Shown here: positions 1-11,901 of the stretch, one piece after another | Position numbering within the stretch: position 1 is the first letter of the stretch | How the letters are laid out: each line of letters begins with the position of its first letter | NCBI GenBank assembly: GCA_002104905.1 | Contig: MCFE01000013.1 | Span: 1 to 64,000, forward strand | Source of the DNA: Basidiobolus meristosporus CBS 931.73 | Lineage: Eukaryota > Fungi > Basidiobolomycota | Reading direction: 5' to 3' | Length of the DNA stretch: 64,000 nucleotides | Made by a program: the position numbers and the translations under genes | The notes under the pieces: generated by a model | The model's database searches: none | Told to the model about the DNA's origin: nothing | Seen by the model: only the letters and a program-made list of their open reading frames with translations

Positions 1-384
1 CAATTCTCTCTTCTAATAGGCAAGCCTTACATCTTGGACAACCCCGCTGTGTTTCCTCCAACTCCAGCATTATTAATCAATACATCAATTCCATTCGTAG
101 CGTACTTGGATATTTCCTCCACGCTTGCCTACACATCATTCAATAAATTGATCAAAAACGCTTGGCTACGTGCATTTTCTCACCTTGATCGAGTCCTCGT
201 CGTTGACATCAAGCTTATGAACACTAAGCCGATCTCCAGCTGAGCTTTTCAACTTGTTTAGCTCGGTAGCTGATTCAGGATTTCTGCAGCATGCAACTAC
301 TTTAAACCCGTCTTTTCCCAATAATTGTCGAACAAATTCGATGCCTAATCCACGAGAAGCACCAGTAACAAGAAATGTGGTCAT
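1..384 (-). CDS. Short-chain dehydrogenase/reductase (C-factor/CsgA-like), N-terminal part; continues beyond window
   Basis: MTTFLVTGASRGLGIEFVRQLL has the TGxxxGxG motif. After a GT-AG intron (~133-183) the frame continues ASVEEISKYATNGIDVLINNAG (NNAG motif). Confidence 0.9.
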
Positions 385-787
385 ACTAGCAAAGGGAAGA
401 GTGGTGATCTTGGGCTTGTATGTTTGTGTCCCTTATATAGCAGACTGGGGCTTACGTTGCAACCCAAAAATGAATACCTGCGACTATTGGTCACCACCTA
501 TGGCGCTTTGGTACAATAAATTGGCATTACTGCATGCCATATTAGTAATCGAAGCGGATGACGCGATTGGTGGTTTGTATTGGGTAAAGGAGCATCAACC
601 AGTACGCAAGTGTGGTGTTGGCTCTCCACGGGTTATCAGGTTCGTGAATATGATATGGGCTTTCCATGGGTTGTCAGGTGAGCTCATGTTACACACTCAA
701 TGGATAAATATTCAGTTTGTATGCTTGGTAGCAACATTTTAATACAGTTTATATAATACTATATAAGCGGAGGAGAGTCTGTTGCAA

Positions 788-3108
788 CTACCACCACGAG
801 CCAGATGGCTTGGGCTGCTTGTTTTCTTCTATTCTCTTATCTACGTTGGCCGAATATTCCAAAATCTTGCTGTGTAGAATATCATCCAAATCTGAATCAG
901 TTCCAGAGACAATTCTGAGGAGGTCTTCTGTTAATGCATAGTTGCCAAGTATATCGACATGATCCGCGGTCTTAACTCCGCCCCGTAAATCGAACTTCGT
1001 TAGCTCGTGTTTGAATTCTCTCGTGGTGACCTTGATACCAGCCGGGTTGTACAGCGACTTCTTCCATCCACTTGAACACATGTACCCCAAGGAGATCAAT
1101 GGTACGGTACCATCCCTAAAAAACCTGTTTAGTGACAAACGTCTACATGCATTGAAGGTGCCTCTCACTTACCCATCTGACTCAACCACGCCAGATGAGA
1201 TGTTATAGTCGGCTTGGTGCACATTGGTATCAATGTAGATATTCGGATTTAACAGCTCTTTTGGCAGGATTTTCGACTTCGTGGACTTGTCGGCACCAGC
1301 CGCAGCAGCATTCTCAGGCTCCACTTGATCAGCAGTGTAATAGTACTGCCGTTCAGTCAGCTTACCAGCCCCGTAGAGGCAGTAGATCTTCATGTCTGGT
1401 GCATTGGGTAGCTGAGAGTCTAATGGGTTAGCCCATGTGGTAGGGTCATCGCGCTTGATTTCGGAATCGTCGCTGCTAAACCCTAAGCTATAGTGTCTTG
1501 CGAAATAGCTCCTGAAATTGTCGTCGGCTGTCTTGAAGAGCAAATCCAACGAATCTTCTAACGTCAAGTTCCGGTTCACCGATTCTCCTTGGCTGAAGGA
1601 GATAATGGGACCATAGGAGTGCTTGATATGCGGTATATCATCTGGCGCCGACTTGGCATCTCCCCAGACGTAGTTTCCTCCCTTGGGCATCATGGAGGCT
1701 ACCCCTCCCCATGTTCGAAATAAGTCTGTCCGCTCTCGACGGGAAAAGAACTGCTCTAACACGTAGTTCGCAACAGGCTGGACGGTTTCTCGCTGTTCGC
1801 CAGAGAGTAAGGAGCTAAGAGTCTTGGGCACGCCAAGCATGGGGCCAGCAATATTGACGAAAGTATGGATATGATCATTTACCCAACTGGGCCCACCATT
1901 ACCACCTTTTTCGCTTTCCACCCATTTGAGGAAGTAGTAGATGACGTTGGAGCCTTGTCAAGTACAGATTAACTACAGTTCTTTCTACATAGATTGGTTG
2001 ACATTGATTTACCCATGGAATGGCCAACAAGGACTGCTTTCTCTCCGGTATACATCTTTGCTAGCTCAATGGTGTATTTCATGCGGGTAAAATGCTGGTC
2101 GCGGACCTCTAAATCCGCAAAACCCAGACGCCAATCGTAGCCGGCGAGATGCATGTTGTTGTTGTCATAACCTATGGCAGCTAGGTTTTCGATCACTTTA
2201 CCTAGAGCGAAGTTTAGAAATGGCTCCTGCTAATTATTTGCCGTCATGCGTTACCCCAAATCCAATATCTACAAGATGCGATTAGTCGAGAGGAAAATTG
2301 CTGGATGTATGTAGAGGAGCTTTACCCGGTGATGAAATAGTCCGCCGCATCAAGACCCTGGGCCGCACGAAGTTTCACATCTGGAGGATCGAGTCCTGTA
2401 ATCGGATCCAACTTCATGTTTTGGATCCAGCACTCTTTGTCCAAGAGCACCGCACGCAACATTGCTAAATATCCATGGATGATTAACATGGAAGTCTACA
2501 TCTATGTTAAAGATGCTCACTTACTAGCTGTTCCCCAGAGCCGTTTCCTAAAGTACTTTAAAGCACAGTCTGAAGTACTCCAACTCTCCAATCCCTAAAG
2601 CATAGTTCATTTTAATCTGGAGACTTGCAAACAAACGCCATGATATGGTACGTACGGTCGAGATGATTCCTGGTACGAGGATGACAGGGTGCTTGGCTTT
2701 TACACCATCCAATACCAATTGTTTACCCGGTAAGAAATCTCCGACCTCTTGCTCCGTTTTCAACAAGCTAGTTAGATTGTTAAATATAAAGTCTGGACTG
2801 ATGTTGGAGGGAAGTAAGGTAGATAGGTCCAGATCATGGAACAGATATTCTCTGAAGGAATCTACATAAACGCCAATCTCTTGGTTCTCAACAATAGGCT
2901 TCAAACGAGCAGCTAATATCGCACCCAAGCCAAAACCTAGAGCAAATATGAACCGACGTTTGCGAGACCAGGATCTCCCGGGGTCTTTTTTCTCCTGTAC
3001 GGTTGTCTCTTCACTCTCAGGGACAACGGCTTTATTAGGATCGGCAGTTGGTTGTTTGGCCGAATCACCACTTTTCTTCGACTCGCCATGTACATTTTTG
3101 CGAGGCAT
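788..3108 (-). CDS. LRO1: Phospholipid:diacylglycerol acyltransferase (LCAT/PDAT family), multi-exon
   Basis: N-terminal TM followed by KAKHPVILVPGIIST|GLESW, ENLAAIGYDNNNMHLAGYDWRL, VLVGHSMG (lipase Ser motif), LPNAPDMKIYCLYG, ESDG|..GTVPLISLGYMC and GGVKTADHVDILGN, joined by GT-AG introns. Confidence 0.95.
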
Positions 3109-3464
3109 TTCGGTAGTGTGAATAGATTGGAGTATGTTACTGGGTTAGGGAGTGTTTTAGAGTTCAGTCGGGGTTTGTTTAAGGGCTTTAGAGTGCCTTT
3201 TGGCGAGTAGTTTGTTATGCAAAAGAGACGGAGGTTGAAAAGTGGTGTGACACAGTCGACTTATATTATATTTGATTAATATGGTATCTATCAAATCAGT
3301 GCCCTAATATGTGGCATCAAATTTGAGCGATCCCCAGGATAAACTAGAATGTTTGTAAACAGGAACAAACATGTACATGCATTATGAGATGCTAGATTGG
3401 AGCTAAACAAGTGAGGATTTATTGACACTATATTACGAGGGTATCTAACGCGACCCGCTGGGGA

Positions 3465-4871
3465 TCACTCCGTTATACTGTCCAAGGCGTTCACCACAAC
3501 CTCATAGTCCTCTTGGCTAACCTGCATCCAAATATAATTAGCTTCCAAATACAGTTGAGCCCCACACAGTCACCTACCAAAAGATAAACGGTATGATACG
3601 TGGTCAGATAAAATATCGAGATCCCCAGGTTTTTCAGCTTCTCCGTACAGTCGCGTACAATACCACATTGCTCTGGAGAACAAGAAATTAAAATGAGACG
3701 ACTTCCGACGGGTACTCTAACGGAGTTTGAAATACCAAATGCAAATGCCATGTTTTCTATCTTCAGTATTGACCAGGCCCCACCGCAGAAATTAAGACTG
3801 CCCGGTGGAAATAGAGATAGGTACGACTCGCTCAGAATCAACGATGCGCTCTCTGAGGTCCGTGTGAATGATAAGAATCCATCATTGCGTTGCCTGGCCG
3901 TCGAATCTGTTAGATTTGATCAATCAGTGCTACATAGTGGAGGCCTACCTGTCCTCACTGAAGAACAGCAGATGGATCAGTGGTATCGACATCGAGTCTT
4001 GAATTGCATCCACGCTACCAGCTAATGAGGTGACATACACTGGACAATCAGGAAACGTCACTACACGGCGTAAGTTGACGACCTCTTCTGGGTCCATGGA
4101 GGTATTGCGTTGGTATGACTCCGGGAATTCATCTATCCCGGCTCCTATACTCTCCGATTCATCAGATTCGAGAAAGTAACACAGTCTAGGTTGATATGAG
4201 GTACCGTTGTCAGATGTATGTGAAGTGCTAAGAATCTCTTCCACTAATGACCGGGATTCTTCTCGAATAACGAATGTATCAGGAATACATGATAGCGCCT
4301 TTTGTACCAGCTCTTCTGGAATCTAGGTGCACCAATGCATCAGTTTGGTGTGTGTGTGTGTGATAATAGTTTAAGCCCATACCAGTGTATAATCCGTCTC
4401 ATATGTAGATAACTGTATAATGGAGATACCATTGTCAGCCAGAGGTGCGGCAATAGAGTGCAATACTGGTACTTCAGACGTAAGAGGAGAATAATAGATA
4501 AACGAGTTCCAAACTACTGACAAGATTTCGAAGGCTTACCAGTCCCACTTTGTCCTGTTAATATTTGGAACGGAAGGAACACCGTAGGACAAACAGTGAC
4601 CTTTGCTTGAGCGGGAAAACTTGCAATAGCATTCTCGTCCATAATTAAGGAAACGTACGAAGGAGTCTCCGTGAAACTAAAGAATTCCTTCCCTCTAAAA
4701 GAAAAGGTTGAGCGTCCCAGCACGAGACTAGTATTGCCTGTCGGATAGTAATTACTCATTTGGAAACAAAAGGATTTTGATAATGGCGTGCATGCATATC
4801 GCCAGGTTTTCCTTCGCTATAGAGACAAGCTTCAGTCGGTAGGGTAGAGCACACACTTCCAAATCCGACAT
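3465..4871 (-). CDS. CASTOR/GATS-like tandem ACT-domain protein (amino-acid sensor homologue), multi-exon
   Basis: Spliced product MSDLEVCALPYRLKLVSIAKENLAICMHAIIKILLFP..EFFSFTETPSYVSLIMDE..IAAPLADNGISIIQLSTYETDYTL..GFLSFTRTSESASLILSE..AFEQCGIV..GISIFYLTTYHTVYLL parallels human CASTOR1 (KFFSLTETPEDYTLMVDE; LSTYQTDFILV; GFDECGIV). ATG at 4871, TGA at 3465. Confidence 0.85.
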
Positions 4872-5114
4872 TCTGTGAGAGGTGGGTGCGTGTTGGTCGG
4901 TATTTCAAATGATATCCACAACCACCAAAGTTAAAAGTGTATTGAAATTTTGGCACGTGACGAGCGTTTGGGGGCATTCATTTCTGAATTCAAATTCAAT
5001 GGCTTAAGTCTGCTACAAATACATTGGATCTATGATTGGATGGCGAATGGAATTCCTTTCTCCCAGACACATTTAGATTTCCCTCACGCGTGAATTATTC
5101 AGTGTGTGATAAAG

Positions 5115-5998
5115 ATGAGCAAGGAGCTTTCTCTAAAACAACTGGTCGGGGGGATCATAGAGGAATACTCTCAATTACTTGGAACTCTTTTTCGCTCGAT
5201 CGACTTAGCCTTAGAAGGGAAACTAGTTGCTGGTCAAAAAACTCCACAGGAAACGATACGAGCGATCATACTGTTGGACACGAAACTTCAGAAGGCCTAC
5301 GATGAAGGTTAGCCTCACTCCTTTCTCAGCGTAGTACTTCGCTACACACCCTTACTCATACCCGACACAACCAGTGGAGGAACATCAGAGTTACCAGCGA
5401 CGAATCACCCAAGTCGAGGACGAAATTTACGAGTACAAGCAGGCCATCAGGGAGTTGGTTGAAAAGCTTGAAAGCACCAAGGAGAGCCTGGAGTCTATGA
5501 TAGACCACTCGGAAAAGGCACTCAAGACACTTAACCAAGCTAAAGAAAGTAAGATCTTGATAGGCAGCGTGTGTACCATCGATTGCTACCTAACTCGTCG
5601 CTTGTGTATGTTTCTAGGCAAGCTTAGCTTCAAAGATATCATATCCTATTCGAACCGGCTCAGCGCGTTCACTGCTGCACCGCCAAACTACAATCCCAAC
5701 AACACGTTCATTCCGGTTGAACCACCGTATCCAGTGGAGGTAACCATGCGTGCAGGCGCACTTAGTCTGCATCACACGAAAGGAGTGGAGGCTGATGTGG
5801 CATCAGGTATGTATCAGTAACAACCCCGGCAAAACTTGTATCACCAACTAAACCGTGCCCAATGAACTCATAGAAGAATCCGAGGATGAGCAACCAAGCT
5901 ACCAAGCTTTCTCCTTCCTGGCCCAACAAGAAGAAGAGGAAGCAGCCGAATCCAACGACTTCCTTCTGGATCTGGATTTGAACCCAGACTTGGAGTGA
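5115..5998 (+). CDS. MED4: Mediator subunit 4, 4 exons
   Basis: Coiled-coil N-terminus, then IISYSNRLSAFTAAPP..PPYPVEVTMRAGAL and an acidic C-terminus DFLLDLDLNPDLE*. Three GT-AG introns. Confidence 0.85.
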
Positions 5999-6223
5999 AC
6001 AACGTCAATGTCCCACATAATACGCTATGCATCCGTAGGCAATGGAGATAGCTGGTGTACAGGTAGCCCAAAGAAGAAAATAAAAATTCGAACACCATGG
6101 CGCATTTCATGAATACTGACATTTATTCATCGTACTATCAACAACAAATTACATACTATACAACAGCTAATACTAAATGCTGGGGAAGAGTACAGAGACG
6201 GCGCTCGTTTGATCGAATCAAAA

Positions 6224-7756
6224 TTACTTGTGGTAAGGCTTGGTGAAGAATGTTGGAGGGAACACGGCTACGGGCAGCTCAGCGCCCTCGGCAAAGTCGT
6301 AGTATACATCCGCCATCACACCTTGCAATCTTGTATCGCTCATGCTACCTACTCCCTGACCCGGCAAATTAGCCACTTCAACACCCACGCATCTGATCGG
6401 CCCAACAATATTAAGCCCAGTTTTCAACATCATCAGTGGGAGGACGGAGAAGGTCAAGTGACAATACCCAAGGTCTAGGTACTTGAGCTTGTTGCCAGAA
6501 CGGAAGATGCTCTCCACCATTGTGTTGATGGAGGACGGCGGGTTCCCAACCTCATCACCCAGGTATAGTGACTCCAACTGTGGACAGCCTAGGATCAACT
6601 GAGGCACCCGATGGCAATTGTATACAGTACGACGAAGCTCCAAGTGAGCCAGCTCCACACAATACTTGGACACATTCTCCAAGGCGTTGGGGAGATTCAT
6701 TGATAAATGGTTCAGCCTCAAGGAACGCAGCCTTGGGCCCACATGTTTCAGAAGTTCGGAAAACCCTAACAATGTGACGTCGGTTCTCGATAGGTCAATG
6801 TCCTCCAGGCGAGCACATTGGGATATTTGGCCAAGCTGGGTATTGTTTACCCCTCGGCAAGACGCCAAAGAGATTTTGCTGAGCTTGGGGAACCTCGCCA
6901 GCGCCTCCAAGGGGACAAGCCTCAGATTGTATCCAATGAGATCCAGGCGGCTTAGGCTCAGTCGATGGTTGCGAAGTAAGGCGACAAGCAGAGCCTCGAT
7001 GTCTAGGGGCAAACCCTCAAGGACGATAGACTGGATTGTGTTTGTGTATGCATTTTGTAGGAAATCAACAAGCACTGATGTGAAATTGCCTTTGGAGCTG
7101 CGCACACGTATATGCAGGTCCGTGAGCTTGGGTGCCATCCGACAAACAGCCAACAGCTCTTCAGCATGAAAAGTACAGTCAGCATTGAGCCAGTCCAATT
7201 GTATGCTATTCAGGGACGAGTATGGCCTCGAGCCACCAATAAGATCATCAAGTGGAAAACAACCATTCCAGGAGAGAAGCTGTAGGTTTGTATTGGCATA
7301 TCGCTCGCGGTATATCTTCCACAGAACTCTCAGCTCAAACATTACAGGCACCCTGGGCTTGATAGACTGTGAAGTATCACCCGGCAGCAGACGATTCACA
7401 AGGTTTCCGAAAGTATTCAAATCTATGCTCTTCACCAAGCTCAAGTAATTAGTGGTCAAGCGGCCAATTGTGCTAATGTGTAATAACTCCTCCAGCTCCG
7501 GCGCAGGTAGGCTGTCTGGATAAAGGCAGGCGTACAGTGTGCGTAGAAATTGTGCAATCCGCTTACTATCTACTGCTTTGACGGACTGGGCGTGAAAGAA
7601 AGCGCAAGGGTTGCTGTACAATATGGCGGCGGACAGCTTAAACCATGCTTTGTTCACATACAAACAATGATAGAGTGTGTTCCTGTCTCCGCTCAGGAAC
7701 TTCAAGATTTCGTAGATGCACTCCGTGGGCAACATAACTCTCGTTGAACGCTTCAT
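6224..7756 (-). CDS. F-box plus LRR (RNI-like) protein, intronless, 510 aa
   Basis: F-box LPTECIYEILKFLSGDRNTLYHCLYVNKAW followed by LxxLxL repeats (LSKISLASC, LEDIDLSRT, LRSLRLNHL, LKYLDLGYC). Confidence 0.85.
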   Translation of the reverse strand: MKRSTRVMLPTECIYEILKFLSGDRNTLYHCLYVNKAWFKLSAAILYSNPCAFFHAQSVKAVDSKRIAQFLRTLYACLYPDSLPAPELEELLHISTIGRLTTNYLSLVKSIDLNTFGNLVNRLLPGDTSQSIKPRVPVMFELRVLWKIYRERYANTNLQLLSWNGCFPLDDLIGGSRPYSSLNSIQLDWLNADCTFHAEELLAVCRMAPKLTDLHIRVRSSKGNFTSVLVDFLQNAYTNTIQSIVLEGLPLDIEALLVALLRNHRLSLSRLDLIGYNLRLVPLEALARFPKLSKISLASCRGVNNTQLGQISQCARLEDIDLSRTDVTLLGFSELLKHVGPRLRSLRLNHLSMNLPNALENVSKYCVELAHLELRRTVYNCHRVPQLILGCPQLESLYLGDEVGNPPSSINTMVESIFRSGNKLKYLDLGYCHLTFSVLPLMMLKTGLNIVGPIRCVGVEVANLPGQGVGSMSDTRLQGVMADVYYDFAEGAELPVAVFPPTFFTKPYHK

Positions 7757-8354
7757 GGACGATCAAGCAGGGAGTGAAAGATAGATATAGTCAGTAAACA
7801 AGGGGGACAAGCCAGAGAAAAAGGTTATATTTACACTATTCCCAGACCCCAAGTCCTGTTTTGGCACAGATGCAGATTGTGATTTGCATCACTTCATTTC
7901 TTGTTTGAGTCAGCTGAAAGTCATATCTGTTGGGTACCACACCACTCAGCCATGAGACCTGTGTAACAGAGGACTAAAACTAGTTAGATATCACAACCTT
8001 AATGTAGGCTATGACCCACCAAGTATGACCCCCACCCCTTATACCTGTAGCACCCTTGCCCTGACCAGCGGCTGCATATTTGGAAATGATGACATGATCT
8101 ATTCCGATGATTAACCATCTTCTCAAAGTCATGGTGGGAAAGAGCGGTGTCACTGTACCTCTTCTCGATTAGTCAACTCATTTACGTAATATATAGATCG
8201 GTTTTCTTTATTTGCTCCCCCACCTGCGATATAATCTCCATTAGTACTGGCAATTTGCCGCCTCCAATTGGTGCTGGCAGGTTAGGCGTCCTCTAACGAT
8301 TGCTGACTATTTATGCCGTGTTTGTTCCTGCAATTATCCAAGATGTTAGATGGA

Positions 8355-8372
8355 CTAGGGTTAGGGTTAGGG
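8355..8372 (+). repeat. Short telomere-like repeat CTAGGG-TTAGGG-TTAGGG in the divergent F-box/HEL2 intergenic region
   Basis: Sequence reads ctagggttagggttaggg, about 140 nt upstream of the HEL2 ATG. Confidence 0.6.
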
Positions 8373-8514
8373 CTCATGCGGTGGTGGATCATAATGAAAA
8401 TGATTAGGTATTACTGTGGAAATATGATCCGTAGCAAAGCATAGTGTAAAAAAACTTGAACTACAAAATAGTATTGTTTTGCCACTTCCAAATACCACCC
8501 TACTCTAATTAACC

Positions 8515-10964
8515 ATGGCTACTCAACAATTCGAAGGTAAGAAAGCACCCGAGTCAGGCGCTCCCAAGAATAACTCAACAAATAAGTCACAACCGTTTCG
8601 GCGTCACCGGAAGCCGAAGCCAAAGAAACCTGAGGAGAGCAACAGCACTACTGCGGAAATAGAAGGAGCTTCTGCTATCGCGGGCAACGATGAGGAAGAG
8701 AATGAGGATGTTGAGCACTGTTTTATTTGTACAGAACCTATATCTTGCTACTCTGTCGGCGCTTGTAATCATCGTACCTGTCACCTTTGCTCATTACGCT
8801 TACGAGCCCTATACAAAAACAAGTCCTGCGGTTATTGTAAGGTAAGCAAACAGGTTTTCAGCTACTATTTAAATACCCTGATATTTACAGATCCCCTATC
8901 ACAAAGGCCGAACTTGACTCGGTTGTTTTTACCAAAGATCCCGAAACCCCATTTGAGGCGTTCACTTTGGCCGAATTGCCTGCGCGCGACGAAAAGACCT
9001 CAGTATATTTCCATAGTCAGGATCTTTGTGATGAGACGTTGATTATACTGCGATATAATTGTCCTGACAGTAGTTGTGATTTCCACTCCGAAAACGGCTG
9101 GAGAGGACTAAAAGAGCATGTCAGGACGGTTCATCACCGTTCTTTATGGTTAGTGGCGCGATTGGCTCTGAGGTATCCCTGATGTTTCTCACCGTTTGCC
9201 CAAAACACTAGTGACATTTGCATCAAGCACAAAAAGGTGTTTACTCACGAACACACCCTTTTCACTCGAGCTCAACTGCAAAAGCATATGTCAGTAGGCG
9301 ACTCCCAAGATCCAAACAGTACAACCGGTTTCAAAGGACACCCTGATTGCCAATTTTGCAGAGCCTCCTTTTATGACGGTGACCAGCTATTTGAGCATTG
9401 TCGTCGGAAGCATGAACAGTGTCATATATGCGTCCGTAATGGGAGTGGAAGAAACGACTACTATGCTAACTACAACACACTTGAGCAACACTTTCTCAAA
9501 GATCACTTCCTATGTACACATCAGGAGTGTCTGGACAAGAAGTTTATTGTGTTTGACTCGGACATTGATCTCAAGGCGCACTTGGTATTGGGTGTTAACC
9601 AATCTCAACAGGGACTCCCATTTTAACCCGACTTATTTCATTGTGCAAGGTTCAAGAGCATAGAGGTGTAGCCAGCCAAAGATCACAACTGCGCCAAACC
9701 AGGCAGCTCGAGGTGAATTTCACCTACTCCGACAACAATCGCAGTCGAGGCCGGAACCGGGATCAAGACAATTCCCATCGGGTAAACATGATTTCGTTTA
9801 TGATTAGTTTCTAATCCAATACTGATCATTGGCAAACAATCCCAGAGGGAAGGTCAAAACAATCGGGCAGAGGCTGGTAATAGACACAATGAGCGCAGAA
9901 AGGACTCGAAACACGGAAAGGCGAAAGAAAGGGTGCAACCGCCACCGGAGTTTGGTAGCGCTTTGTCCGAACAAACCCCTGGCCCCAGCAACACCCCCCA
10001 GGAACGCGAGAGTGTCCGAGACAAAGCCCCGGCTAACTTTGGTCGGCTTACCGACAATGGCTCTTCCACGTTGCCTTCGCCTGCTCTCGTCGACGATGAG
10101 ACATTGAGGTAAGACCACGCAAGACACGCCGATCTAGCTCCTTGGTTAACCACAGCTCTCATATTTAGCAATCACACCGCTTTTATGGAAAGATTGTCGG
10201 GATATTTGGGAAAGAACGCGGAGAGATTATCGAGCTTCAAACAGCTGATTGCCGCATATCGTCGCGATCTTATCCCAGTCTCCCAGTTTTTAGACTCCAT
10301 CAAACCCCTCGTCCCCACATCCAAAGATAGCCAGGCAATCATCGGTAAGATTGTAAATGGGCTAGTGGACTTGTTGGACGTTGAGGAAAAGAAGCAAGAG
10401 CTGCTATCGGCCTGGAGAGATAGAAAGATCCAGGTAATACAATTGCGATGCCGAGTGTCGTATTCCAATGACTTATGTGTTGACCACTAGAAAACCCAAG
10501 AATTTCCTCAATTGGTCCCAACCGGTGCTGCCAAACAGGTTTTGGTTATCAAATCGAAGACTTCCAAAGCAAACCAGCCTGGTGGTAACGGGAAAACAAG
10601 GGTTTGGGATCGTGTAGCTGCCGCAGCCCAGGGCCCGTCTGCTCGGAGCAACTCGCCAACCCTCTTCCCCGCGTTGCCTTCCGTTGCCAGACCATCCACA
10701 TCCCACACAACCACCGCCTGGTCAGGACGGTCGACACCGCATTTTGTCTCACCTGCAGCACCCAAAAAGAACCCGGCAGAGGATTTCCCATCCCTACCGG
10801 CAGCACCCAAGCCACCCAAGATCAAAGGGATCTCAAGCAGAGGGAAATCCACCGACAGTGTATGGGGAAAGCAGAAAGAGTCGCTTAGTGCAGATATGGA
10901 AAATCTAGAATTACACAACGGAAAGAAGAAAAAAGGGAAACAAGTATTGCTTCACTATGGATGA
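8515..10964 (+). CDS. HEL2: Ribosome quality-control RING/C2H2 E3 ligase (Hel2/ZNF598), 7 exons
   Basis: RING CFICTE..CNHRTCHLCSLRLRALYKNKSCGYCK; C2H2 fingers (GFKGHPDCQFC, HCRRKHEQCHIC, EQHFLKDHFLC); FPxL repeats; ends KKKKGKQVLLHYG. Confidence 0.95.
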
Positions 10965-11842
10965 GTCAAATCGCTAATTAACCCCTAATAAATCCCCACA
11001 TGTACTTAACTCTAATTGTATTCAACGTGGTCCACGTACCAGTGTGGAAATGAGTCGCACTTGTCTCCGGAGGGAAATGAGTTTGTGTCCGCCATCATTG
11101 GTTGACAATGGAGCTCGGAATAGTCCTGGGTGACTGGGGGAGGTAATCTGGTTTAGCTACGGCTACCTATCTAGATGTCATGGTTTCCTCTTCGAGCCCT
11201 GATCTCACTCGCCTGAAACTGATCTTGATGCATTATCCTTGCACCACATTGATTGCTAATGGCTATTGCGAGGTGTTGATCTTTGTACGGTTATATCGAG
11301 TGTGGAGTTTTCATTGCCTAAATTTAGCCAATTTCCGTGCCTGAGGGAGTGCTAGAGTCTAGACTCATCCTTACGAAATCCACCAACTGTCACTTCGGTC
11401 AACAAGAAACCGAATTTTTATAGTAACCCAACGCCATGCTTTGAAACTTGTCCATCATATGACACCCAGTCAAACCGTAGCTTTATTAAATTAAGGAGCA
11501 TCAGTGATCGTACAACATAGAAAATCTCCGCTATTGAGACAAGCTCATTTCGAACCAAGCATCTAACACTGGCCGAGATAACATGGCATCGAGTTCCTCT
11601 CAGCTTTGCGAATCATATTGCTGTGGTAATCAACGAGATCAACGATGAGATGAACATCTCACTGATGTTATCTCGGTAATTATCAATTGGCCCCAAGTCG
11701 ATGCAAAAGGATGGCTATGGTAGGGCGGTTACATGTGAAGTTGCGGATACAGGCTGGTGGTTGCACAGCACCGTTTTCACCAGGGTGATAAATCTGGGCC
11801 CTTCAGATTCCTATTTTTAATCCTCGTTGTACACACATCTCT

Positions 11843-11849
11843 TATAAAA
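11843..11849 (+). promoter_or_regulatory. TATA box of the truncated haemoglobin gene
   Basis: TATAAAA 59 nt upstream of the ATG at 11902. Confidence 0.55.
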
Positions 11850-11901
11850 GCCAGGTGGTTCCTCAACAAGATTTAGTCAATCTTCGCTAATCGTTCATAA
11901 A

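Noticed and set aside
8080-8200. ATGATGA box C-like motif suggesting a snoRNA
   Set aside because: No box D (CTGA) or terminal stem at a suitable distance.
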